Shown: one piece after another, positions 13,104-22,870 of the stretch | How the letters are laid out: the number at the start of each line of letters is the position of its first letter | Numbering within the stretch: position 1 is the first letter of the stretch | NCBI RefSeq assembly: GCF_044324875.1 | Contig: NZ_CP172185.1 | Reading direction: 5' to 3' (one strand) | Length of the DNA stretch: 64,000 nt | From: Escherichia coli | Lineage (GTDB): Bacteria; Pseudomonadota; Gammaproteobacteria; Enterobacterales; Enterobacteriaceae | The notes under the pieces: generated by a model | Databases searched by the model: none | Told to the model about the DNA's origin: nothing | The model's input: only the letters and a program-made list of their open reading frames with translations | Position numbers and translations under genes: made by a program

Positions 13104-13823
13104 ATGGGGCGTAAAGGACTACTTGCTATTGTATTGTTGAGCCTGTTTATCGCCATGATTTTTCAATTTTTCTGGCCTGCCCCACACGATGAACACGTTT
13201 TCCTGCCAGTTGAAAAACCTGTCGCACCGTCTTTAAAAATCATTCATCCTGGTGACCAGTTATTTATCCGCATTCTGAAAGCGGAAGATAAGCTGGAACT
13301 GTGGGCAAGCACCAACAACAAGCCTTACGAACTCTATAAAACCTGGACTATATGCGCGTGGTCTGGTGGCTTAGGGCCAAAACACAAACAGGGGGATGGT
13401 AAAAGCCCGGAAGGTTTTTATGCCACCAACAAAGAGTTGCTTAACCCAAACAGCCGCTATCATCTGGCATTTAATATTGGTTACCCGAATGCTTACGATC
13501 GGGCAAACGGCTACACCGGTGATTTCATTATGGTTCACGGAAACTGCGTTTCGGCGGGCTGCTATGCCATGACCGATGCTGGTATTGAAGAGATTTATCA
13601 ACTGGTGGCGCAGGCGCTGAATAGCGGGCAGAAGAGCGTGCCGGTGCATATCTTCCCGTTTGCGATGGACGAAGAAAATATGCGCCAGGCGCAGGTATGG
13701 CCGGAATATAATTTCTGGCGTATGTTGAAGCCCGGCTATGATTACTTTGAAAAAAATCGCCGATTGCCAACCATCACCGTTGAAAACCGGCGTTATAAAA
13801 TCAGCCCAACAACTCTTCCTTAA
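13104..13823 (+). CDS. YafK/DpaA-like L,D-transpeptidase-fold (YkuD) protein with N-terminal signal/anchor (239 aa)
   Basis: N-terminal hydrophobic segment; strong similarity to my recollection of E. coli YafK (SGGLGPK, GDxKSPEGFY, [14 protein letters not shown], [15 protein letters not shown] with conserved His/Cys, GYDYFE). Confidence 0.75.
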   Translation: MGRKGLLAIVLLSLFIAMIFQFFWPAPHDEHVFLPVEKPVAPSLKIIHPGDQLFIRILKAEDKLELWASTNNKPYELYKTWTICAWSGGLGPKHKQGDGKSPEGFYATNKELLNPNSRYHLAFNIGYPNAYDRANGYTGDFIMVHGNCVSAGCYAMTDAGIEEIYQLVAQALNSGQKSVPVHIFPFAMDEENMRQAQVWPEYNFWRMLKPGYDYFEKNRRLPTITVENRRYKISPTTLP

Positions 13824-14808
13824 CATCCATCGCCAGTTCAAACGAATGCAGGCGCGCCTGGTGATCGAAAATCTGCCCGTTAACCATAATCTCATCGGCG
13901 TCGGTTTCGCGCAGGATCGACTGCAAGCCGTGACGCACTTTCGCTTTATCACCCACCAGCGACATACTCAGCGCCTGCTGCACGCCATACTGCTCGGACG
14001 GTGACCAGAACTGATCCATATTTTGAATCGGCGGCGGCAGTTGCCCGGTTTCGCCACGGCGCAGCTTCACAAAGGCTTGCTGCATTGAGGTAAACAGAAA
14101 TTCAGCGTCGCGGTTGCTGTCGGCGGCGATAATATTGATGCACACCATCGCATACGGTTTTTCCAGCCGTGCCGACGGTTTGAAGTTGCTGCGATAAAGA
14201 TGCAGCGCCTGGAACAACATATCCGGCGCGAAGTGTGAGGCAAACGCAAACGGCAGACCAAGCTGCGCCGCCAATTGCGCGCTGTAAAGGCTGGAGCCTA
14301 ACAACCACACGGGGATTTTCTCGCCATAGCCTGGTACCGGGCGCACATGCGGATTGGGATCGCGGGCGTCAAACCAGTCCACCAGCTCCGCGACATCGCG
14401 GGGAAAATTATCAATATCGCCGCTCATATGACGACGTAGAGCCATCATGGTTCGCTGGTCACTACCCGGAGCACGACCCAGCCCCAAATCGATTCGCCCC
14501 GGATAGAGCGTATTAAGCGTGCCGAACTGTTCGGCGATCACCAATGGTGAGTGATTAGGCAACATCACGCCGCCAGACCCCAGATGCAGCGTAGTGGTAT
14601 TCGCCGCCAGATAGCCAATCAAAACTGATGTTGCAGCACTGGCAATGCCGGTCATATTGTGGTGTTCCGCCAGCCAGTAGCGATGATAGCCGCGCTTTTC
14701 AGCCAGACGGGCGAGGTCGAGAGAGTGGGAGAACGCTTCTCGCGCTGAAGAACCTTCGGGAATGGGGGCCAGATCGAGTAGCGAAAACGCAATGGTTTTA
14801 TCAGTCAT
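13801..14808 (-). CDS. yhbW: Luciferase-like (LLM-class) monooxygenase YhbW (335 aa)
   Basis: Translation matches YhbW; stop overlaps the 3-prime end of the preceding + strand ORF. Confidence 0.93.
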   Translation of the reverse strand: MTDKTIAFSLLDLAPIPEGSSAREAFSHSLDLARLAEKRGYHRYWLAEHHNMTGIASAATSVLIGYLAANTTTLHLGSGGVMLPNHSPLVIAEQFGTLNTLYPGRIDLGLGRAPGSDQRTMMALRRHMSGDIDNFPRDVAELVDWFDARDPNPHVRPVPGYGEKIPVWLLGSSLYSAQLAAQLGLPFAFASHFAPDMLFQALHLYRSNFKPSARLEKPYAMVCINIIAADSNRDAEFLFTSMQQAFVKLRRGETGQLPPPIQNMDQFWSPSEQYGVQQALSMSLVGDKAKVRHGLQSILRETDADEIMVNGQIFDHQARLHSFELAMDVKEELLG

Positions 14809-14811
14809 AAC

Positions 14812-14881
14812 AGCTCACTTTGTTACCGATTAATCTTTAATACTGCATTAAAGAGTAGTTAAAGTTGTTAACAAAGTGAGC
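14812..14881. promoter_or_regulatory. Nested inverted repeats in the ubiV-yhbW spacer
   Basis: Perfect 14-bp arms (agctcactttgtta / taacaaagtgagct) separated by about 42 bp, with an inner ctttaat...attaaag palindrome. Confidence 0.4.
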
Positions 14882-14888
14882 TATTTAC

Positions 14889-15767
14889 TTACGCTTGCAG
14901 CTCCAGCCCGGCCAGCCGACGCCAGTAGCCGTTACAATCGCTGTTTGCCGTCAACGGCAGTGGCGCAGCGCCATTTTCATTGGCGCGGAAGGCGTCGAGT
15001 ATCGCGAAAGTGTCAGTACCCTGCGGTGACAGGCGGACCACATCAACCAGCCCCTGCATGGATGCCAGCTCGTTACCGAGGTTGTAAACGTAGCCGCTCA
15101 TGGTCTGAATGCCGTTGAGTACAAACACTTGTTGGTTTTCCTGCGACAGCACGTTGCGCCCGTTCGGATACTTAATGCAGCAGGTTTCGCACTCATCTTT
15201 CGGGCGGTCTTCCGAACGCGCGGTAAAGCAGCGGGCGGAGTAGGCCAGCGGCAGATGACCGTAGCTCAGGACTTCCACTTCAAACTGGTTGCGAATGCCC
15301 AGCTCATCGCACTGATTAAGCAGATTCACCAGCCAGTCGCGGGAAAGCTCCACCGGCATACACCAGCGCATCATGCCCTGTTTGAGCAATATTTTCAGTG
15401 TCACCGCGTTGTAGCAGTTCAGCGCGTGCCCGGCGACGAACGGCAGTTTGCGTTCAGCGCACATATTCACCACGCCGAGATCGCTGGCTTCAATCAGAAA
15501 CTCACCGTTCTCAACATAGCGTTTCAGTTCGCCCAGTTCAGAGGATGCCTGCACCAGCGCCAGCGTGGAGAGCACAATCTGCTTACCACTTCCGGCGAGT
15601 GATTTTGCCATCTCCAGCCAGTCGCCAACTTTGGTTGCCCGGCGCTTGCTGCATACCGCTTCACCAAGATAAATCACGTCGGCGCTGCTGGCGGCGGCCT
15701 GCTGATAAAATTCTTCCAGCGTCTCTTTTGGCCAGTACCACAGCACTGGCCCTAAGGAATATTTCAT
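14889..15767 (-). CDS. ubiV: O2-independent ubiquinone biosynthesis protein UbiV (U32 peptidase family, 292 aa)
   Basis: Translation MKYSLGPVLWYWPKE... matches YhbV/UbiV; start chosen at internal ATG to give canonical length. Confidence 0.9.
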   Translation of the reverse strand: MKYSLGPVLWYWPKETLEEFYQQAAASSADVIYLGEAVCSKRRATKVGDWLEMAKSLAGSGKQIVLSTLALVQASSELGELKRYVENGEFLIEASDLGVVNMCAERKLPFVAGHALNCYNAVTLKILLKQGMMRWCMPVELSRDWLVNLLNQCDELGIRNQFEVEVLSYGHLPLAYSARCFTARSEDRPKDECETCCIKYPNGRNVLSQENQQVFVLNGIQTMSGYVYNLGNELASMQGLVDVVRLSPQGTDTFAILDAFRANENGAAPLPLTANSDCNGYWRRLAGLELQA

Positions 15768-15775
15768 TGCTTTTC

Positions 15776-16771
15776 TCACTGCCATTTACGGTGATACGCG
15801 CCAAGGGTGGTCTGCGTGCCTTCGGACATCGACCCGAGCGTCTCCATCCACGCGCTTTGCGGTACGAAGTTTTGCGGATCGGCCTTACAACGGTCGATAG
15901 CCTGACGCCAGACTTTCGCCACCTGGCTGACATACGCCGGGCTACGCTGGCGGCCTTCAATTTTCACCGAAGCAATATTCGCCGCCATTAACTCCGGCAG
16001 CAGTTCCAGGGTATTGAGACTGGTGGGTTCTTCCAGCGCGTGATAGCGCTCGCCGTCCACCAGATAACGCCCTTTACACAGCGTCGGATAACCTGCGTTT
16101 TCGCCATCCTGATAACGGTCGATCAGCACTTCGTTCAGGCGGGATTCCAGCCCCTGCGGCGTTTGTTGCCAGCGCACGAAACGGGCCGGAGAACACGCAC
16201 CCACAGTGTTGGGCGACTCACCCGTCAGATACGACGACAGATAGCAACGCCCTTCCGACATAATGCACAGGCTGCCGAAAGCAAACACTTCCAGCGGGAC
16301 AGGTGTGACCCGAGCCAGTTGTTTCACCTGATGAATCGACAACACGCGCGGCAGCACCACGCGTGCAACGTCAAAATGGCGATGATAAAAGTTAATCGCC
16401 TCTTCATTGGTCGCCGAAGCCTGCACCGATACGTGACGTTCAATATGCGGGTAACGTTCGGCGGCGTACTCCAGCATGGCGAGGTCGGCGAGGATCAGCG
16501 CGTCGGCACCCAGCTGCGCCGCCATATCCACGGCGCGCTGCCAACGGGCGTAACCGTCCGGATGCGCAAAAGTGTTAATCGCGATGTGAAGTTTGCGGCG
16601 ATGTTGATGGACAAAACTCACCGCTTCCTGCAATTTTTTCTCGGTAAAGTTAAGGCCGGCGAAGTGACGGGCATTAGTATCATCTTTTAGCCCGATATAA
16701 ACAGCATCTGCGCCGTTTTCGATGGTCGCCTTAAGCGCCGGGAGATTTCCGGCAGGGCAGAGCAGCTCCAT
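15776..16771 (-). CDS. ubiU: O2-independent ubiquinone biosynthesis protein UbiU (U32 peptidase family, 331 aa)
   Basis: Translation MELLCPAGNLPALKAT... matches YhbU/UbiU; immediately upstream of ubiV. Confidence 0.9.
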   Translation of the reverse strand: MELLCPAGNLPALKATIENGADAVYIGLKDDTNARHFAGLNFTEKKLQEAVSFVHQHRRKLHIAINTFAHPDGYARWQRAVDMAAQLGADALILADLAMLEYAAERYPHIERHVSVQASATNEEAINFYHRHFDVARVVLPRVLSIHQVKQLARVTPVPLEVFAFGSLCIMSEGRCYLSSYLTGESPNTVGACSPARFVRWQQTPQGLESRLNEVLIDRYQDGENAGYPTLCKGRYLVDGERYHALEEPTSLNTLELLPELMAANIASVKIEGRQRSPAYVSQVAKVWRQAIDRCKADPQNFVPQSAWMETLGSMSEGTQTTLGAYHRKWQ

Positions 16772-16979
16772 AATTTTTCCTGAAGGTTGCGCTATCAAAG
16801 CGCAAAAATGTTAACGAACTGGGATTTTAGTTAACCTTGCTGCGACAATTTTTGATTTAAGGCAGTTAAAGTTGTATTGGTGGTAGCAGCAATTTCATAT
16901 GGAATTGTTGATTTATACCGCTATGTTATTTTTCTGATATGGCAAAATAGGATGATTGTTGAAACAGGGAGTAAAACTC

Positions 16980-17504
16980 GTGTTGGATAAACTGCGTTCC
17001 CGTATTGTGCATTTGGGGCCATCTCTGTTGAGTGTACCGGTAAAACTGACGCCATTTGCGCTAAAACGCCAGGTTCTTGAGCAGGTCCTAAGCTGGCAAT
17101 TCCGTCAGGCGCTGAATGATGGCGAGCTGGAGTTTCTTGAAGGCCGCTGGTTAAGTATTCATGTGCGTGATATTGACCTGCAATGGTTTACCTCGGTGGT
17201 GAATGGCAAACTGGTCGTTAGCCAGAACGCGCAAGCTGATGTGAGTTTTAGTGCCGACGCCAGCGATCTGCTGATGATTGCGGCGCGTAAACAAGATCCG
17301 GATACGCTCTTCTTCCAGCGTCGGCTGGTAATTGAAGGCGATACGGAGCTGGGGCTGTATGTGAAAAACCTGATGGACGCCATTGAACTGGAGCAAATGC
17401 CGAAAGCCTTACGCATGATGCTGCTGCAACTGGCGGATTTTGTTGAGGCGGGAATGAAAACCGCGCCTGAAACCAAACAGACATCGGTAGGTGAACCATG
17501 CTAA
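16980..17504 (+). CDS. ubiT: SCP2-domain lipid-binding protein UbiT (YhbT), likely GTG start
   Basis: Divergent from ubiUV; translation (M)LDKLRSRIVHLGPSLLSVPVKLTPF... matches YhbT; RBS aggga precedes GTG at 16980; the track ORF begins 24 nt upstream. Confidence 0.85.
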   Translation: MLDKLRSRIVHLGPSLLSVPVKLTPFALKRQVLEQVLSWQFRQALNDGELEFLEGRWLSIHVRDIDLQWFTSVVNGKLVVSQNAQADVSFSADASDLLMIAARKQDPDTLFFQRRLVIEGDTELGLYVKNLMDAIELEQMPKALRMMLLQLADFVEAGMKTAPETKQTSVGEPC

Positions 17505-18001
17505 TTCGAGTAGAAATTCCCATTGATGCGCCGGGTATTGATGCCCTGCTGCGTCGTTCATTCGAAAGTGATGCGGAAGCGAAGCTGGTTCACGATCTGC
17601 GTGAAGATGGCTTTCTGACGTTGGGGCTGGTGGCGACAGATGACGAAGGTCAGGTCATTGGCTATGTGGCATTTAGTCCGGTTGATGTGCAGGGCGAAGA
17701 CCTGCAATGGGTCGGCATGGCACCGTTGGCGGTTGATGAAAAATACCGTGGACAGGGGCTGGCACGCCAACTGGTCTATGAAGGACTCGATTCGCTTAAT
17801 GAGTTCGGCTATGCCGCAGTGGTGACGCTGGGCGATCCGGCGCTGTACAGTCGTTTCGGCTTTGAGCTGGCGGCGCATCACGATCTGCGTTGCCGCTGGC
17901 CGGGCACTGAAAGCGCCTTCCAGGTACATCGTTTAGCGGATGACGCGCTGAACGGCGTAACCGGTCTGGTTGAGTATCACGAGCATTTCAATCGCTTTTA
18001 A
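17498..18001 (+). CDS. yhbS: GNAT-family N-acetyltransferase YhbS (167 aa)
   Basis: Translation matches YhbS; start overlaps ubiT stop; 3-prime end overlaps the convergent yhbQ end. Confidence 0.85.
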
Positions 18002-18290
18002 TCTCCGGGGTTTGCAGGCTGCTCAACAGCTCTGCAAACCCTGCGCCTTCCGCTACCAGACGCTCTTTTTGCCGTTTGGTCAGTTGCTTAACGCGATATT
18101 CCGCCCGTAGTGCCAGCGAACGATCGCCCACTGGCGCGGAAAACGCCAGCGTTAGTTCTCCTTTCCCGCGCAGTGCTTTCGCCCCTTTGCCGCTTTGGTG
18201 CTGCTGATAGCGGCGTTCGACATCTGTGGTGATCCCGGTATAAAGCTTATTGTCGGCGGTACGGATCAAGTAAAGAAACCAGGGTGTCAT
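17988..18290 (-). CDS. yhbQ: GIY-YIG nuclease superfamily protein YhbQ (100 aa)
   Basis: GIY-YIG signature ([23 protein letters not shown]). Confidence 0.9.
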
Positions 18291-18340
18291 CGTCTGCGTC
18301 GCATGTTAAGGTCAGGCCCACAGTATAAAAGAGAACAGCA

Positions 18341-18763
18341 ATGGAAACACTCACCGCCATCAGCCGTTGGCTGGCAAAACAACATGTTGTCACCTGGTGT
18401 GTGCAGCAGGAAGGGGAACTCTGGTGCGCTAATGCCTTTTATCTTTTTGATGCGCAGAAAGTCGCCTTCTACATTTTGACGGAAGAAAAAACGCGCCACG
18501 CGCAGATGAGTGGGCCGCAGGCGGCAGTTGCCGGAACGGTAAACGGTCAGCCGAAAACGGTAGCGTTAATTCGCGGCGTGCAATTTAAAGGCGAGATCCG
18601 CAGGCTTGAAGGTGAGGAAAGCGACCTCGCACGCCACGCGTACAATCGTCGCTTTCCGGTTGCCAGAATGCTGTCGGCCCCGGTGTGGGAAATCCGGCTT
18701 GATGAAATCAAATTCACCGACAACACGCTGGGCTTTGGTAAAAAAATGATCTGGCTACGTAAC

Positions 18764-18784
<21 letters not shown>
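18341..18784 (+). CDS. yhbP: UPF0306 protein YhbP (147 aa)
   Basis: Translation matches YhbP. Confidence 0.9.
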
Positions 18785-19294
<510 letters not shown>

Positions 19295-19295
19295 A

Positions 19296-20045
<750 letters not shown>

Positions 20046-20117
20046 TTATTCCCAAGAATTGATAGTGAGCGTAATATTCACGCGCTCAATTATCATAACT
20101 TATTCCTGGGGAATGCT

Positions 20118-21158
20118 ATGACTGGTCAGTCTTCATCTCAGGCGGCAACGCCCATTCAGTGGTGGAAACCCGCGCTTTTCTTTCTCGTTGTCATTGCTGG
20201 TCTCTGGTATGTGAAATGGCAACCTTACTACGGCAAAGCGTTTACTGCTGCCGAAACCCACAGTATCGGTAAATCTATCCTTGCGCAGGCGGATGCTAAT
20301 CCGTGGCAGGCGGCGTTGGATTACGCGATGATCTATTTCCTCGCGGTATGGAAAGCGGCGGTGCTGGGGGTGATCCTCGGTTCGTTGATTCAGGTGCTGA
20401 TCCCGCGTGACTGGTTGCTGCGTACGCTTGGGCAATCGCGCTTTCGCGGCACGCTGCTGGGAACGCTGTTTTCGCTGCCGGGTATGATGTGTACCTGCTG
20501 TGCGGCTCCGGTCGCGGCGGGAATGCGTCGCCAACAGGTATCGATGGGCGGGGCGCTGGCATTCTGGATGGGGAATCCGTTGTTAAACCCGGCGACGCTG
20601 GTGTTTATGGGGTTTGTCCTCGGCTGGGGCTTTGCCGCGATTCGTCTGGTGGCGGGGTTGGTGATGGTATTGCTGATTGCGACGCTGGTGCAAAAATGGG
20701 TGCGTGAAACACCGCAAACGCAGGCACCGGTCGAAATTGACATACCGGAAGCGCAGGGCGGGTTTTTTAGCCGCTGGGGCAGGGCACTATGGACGCTTTT
20801 CTGGAGTACGATCCCGGTTTACATCCTTGCGGTACTGGTGTTGGGTGCCGCTCGCGTCTGGTTATTCCCCCATGCCGATGGTGCTGTCGATAACAGCCTG
20901 ATGTGGGTGATTGCGATGGCGGTAGCGGGATGCTTGTTTGTCATTCCCACGGCGGCAGAAATTCCAATTGTACAAACGATGATGCTGGCAGGCATGGGAA
21001 CCGCTCCGGCGCTGGCATTGTTGATGACGCTCCCGGCGGTGAGTTTGCCGTCACTGATTATGCTGCGCAAAGCGTTCCCGGCGAAAGCCTTATGGCTGAC
21101 AGGGGCGATGGTGGCAGTGTCTGGTGTGATTGTCGGCGGGTTGGCGCTGTTGGCCTAA
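20118..21158 (+). CDS. yraQ: Permease-family inner membrane protein YraQ (346 aa)
   Basis: Polytopic membrane protein; translation matches YraQ. Confidence 0.9.
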   Translation: MTGQSSSQAATPIQWWKPALFFLVVIAGLWYVKWQPYYGKAFTAAETHSIGKSILAQADANPWQAALDYAMIYFLAVWKAAVLGVILGSLIQVLIPRDWLLRTLGQSRFRGTLLGTLFSLPGMMCTCCAAPVAAGMRRQQVSMGGALAFWMGNPLLNPATLVFMGFVLGWGFAAIRLVAGLVMVLLIATLVQKWVRETPQTQAPVEIDIPEAQGGFFSRWGRALWTLFWSTIPVYILAVLVLGAARVWLFPHADGAVDNSLMWVIAMAVAGCLFVIPTAAEIPIVQTMMLAGMGTAPALALLMTLPAVSLPSLIMLRKAFPAKALWLTGAMVAVSGVIVGGLALLA

Positions 21159-21192
21159 GATGTTGGATGCTCCTGAATACAGCACTGGACGG

Positions 21193-21230
21193 TCCCCTCT
21201 CCCCTTTGGGGAGAGGGTTAGGGTGAGGGG
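21193..21230. repeat. GC-rich palindromic element (box C-like; cccctctcccc...ggggagaggg...gggtgagggg)
   Basis: Perfect roughly 10-bp inverted repeat rich in C/G downstream of yraQ; resembles dispersed GC-rich intergenic palindromes of E. coli. Confidence 0.4.
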
Positions 21231-21279
21231 AACAGGTCGGCTAAGGTGTGAATATTTACTTCAACGACCGATCAATGGC

Positions 21280-21855
21280 TTATTTAATAAACGTAAACGC
21301 CGTGGTTACCCGCTTCACGCCGCTTACCCGGCTGGCAATATCTGCCGCCGCTTTCGCTTCACGTTCAGTCACTAGTCCCATCAGGAACACTTCACCGTTT
21401 TCGGTGGTCACTTTCACGTTGGACGATTTCACCAGGTCGCTGGTTAAGAGCTGCGAACGCACTTTGGTGGTGATCCACGTATCGTTAGACGCTTCGCCCA
21501 GACCAATCGGCTGGCCCTGACGAATCTCGTTATACACTTCGTTGGCACCGTCTACGCCCATAGCAATCTGTTTGGCGCGAGCCGAAAGTTCAGCGTTTGG
21601 TGACTGCCCAACCAGCAGCACTTTGCCCTGATACGCCGTGACATTAATACGGGTTTCTTTCTTAATCTGTTCGTCTTTCGACAATGCGCTGTTTACGCGC
21701 ACTTCCAGGGTACCATCGTCCACCTGGGTGCCGACACTGCGTGGGTCAGTTGCGGCTTTGGTACCTACAGCAGCGGTACCCACTACGGCAGCGGCAACAC
21801 AACCTTGCAACAGCAGCGCGGAAAGAAGGACTGCGATTGGCGATAATGCCTTCAT
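21280..21855 (-). CDS. dolP: Outer-membrane lipoprotein DolP (YraP), dual BON domain (191 aa)
   Basis: Lipobox LLQGC and two BON-like repeats; matches YraP/DolP. Confidence 0.92.
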   Translation of the reverse strand: MKALSPIAVLLSALLLQGCVAAAVVGTAAVGTKAATDPRSVGTQVDDGTLEVRVNSALSKDEQIKKETRINVTAYQGKVLLVGQSPNAELSARAKQIAMGVDGANEVYNEIRQGQPIGLGEASNDTWITTKVRSQLLTSDLVKSSNVKVTTENGEVFLMGLVTEREAKAAADIASRVSGVKRVTTAFTFIK

Positions 21856-21864
21856 GTATTCTCC

Positions 21865-22455
21865 TTAAACATCCTGGTGAGGGAAAAGCGTGTTATCGAT
21901 CAGATCGCACAGGCAATTTACCGTCAGCATATGCATTTCCTGAATGCGAGCACTACGATGCGAAGGAATGCGGATCTCCACATCCTGTGGCCCTAACAAA
22001 CCTGCAAGTTCACCGCCGTCATAGCCGGTTAATGCCACAATGGTCATATCACGCGTAACGGCAGCTTCTACCGCTTTTACAATATCGCGGCTGTTGCCAC
22101 GGGTGGAAATGGCTAACAATACATCTCCCGCATGACCCAGCGCCCGCACCTGTTTTGCATACACTTCATCATGTAAGCGATCGTTGGCAATCGCCGTTAA
22201 GACAACATTATCAGTATTTAGTGCAATGGCAGGTAAGCTGGGCCGCTCCGTTTCGAAACGGTTGATCATGCTGGCAGCAAAATGCTGTGCATTGGCAGCG
22301 GAAGTTCCATTACCACAACAGAGGATTTTGTTGCCATTGAGCAGAGACTGAACCAGCGTCATAGCTGCACGCGAGATGGCATCCGGAAGCGCCTCTGCCG
22401 CCGCAATTTGAGTTTGAATGCTTTCAGTGAAGCAAGCTTTAATTCTTTCTTGCAC
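21865..22455 (-). CDS. diaA: DnaA initiator-associating protein DiaA (SIS domain, 196 aa)
   Basis: Translation matches DiaA (phosphoheptose isomerase-like SIS fold). Confidence 0.93.
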
Positions 22456-22474
22456 GCTAATCCTTAAACCTTAA

Positions 22475-22870
22475 TTATGAGTGGTCATTAAAGGCATCCT
22501 TAATCCACTCAACCTCATTCCCGGTGAAGGCTACCACATCGAACCGGCAATCCACAGTATCAAAACTCCCATTATGACGCGCGAGCCACAAGCGGGCAGT
22601 CTGTAATAATTTGTGTTGTTTGCTGCGGGTCACACTGGCTGCCGCGCCGCCATAAAGCGCAGAGCGGCGGTAACGCACCTCGACAAAAACGGTGGTCCGG
22701 CCTTCACGCATTATCAGATCGATCTCGCCGCCACGCTCGTTCACGTTAGCGGCGATAAACCGCAGTCCTTTGCCTTCCAGCCAGCGACGCGCTTGTGCTT
22801 CCCACGCATCGCCGGTCTGTTTGGTGGTTAACTGGCGGGGACTACCTGACCTTGTTGGTACTGTAGCCAT
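22475..22870 (-). CDS. yraN: UPF0102 protein YraN (131 aa)
   Basis: Translation matches YraN; 5-prime end overlaps the lpoA 3-prime end. Confidence 0.85.
   Translation of the reverse strand: MATVPTRSGSPRQLTTKQTGDAWEAQARRWLEGKGLRFIAANVNERGGEIDLIMREGRTTVFVEVRYRRSALYGGAAASVTRSKQHKLLQTARLWLARHNGSFDTVDCRFDVVAFTGNEVEWIKDAFNDHS

Noticed and set aside
12356-13800. Type VI effector-immunity (Tlde1-like) interpretation of the mtr-yhbW insert
   Set aside because: The YkuD-fold protein has a Sec-type N-terminus rather than a T6SS adaptor, the neighbour lacks a signal peptide so cannot be a periplasmic immunity protein, and there are no T6SS genes nearby. Left as a noted alternative in findings.
16799-16955. 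FNR box in the ubiT/ubiUV divergent promoter
   Set aside because: Regulation by Fnr is expected from the literature, but I found no clear TTGAT-N4-ATCAA match by eye (only TTGAT half-sites), so no site is annotated.
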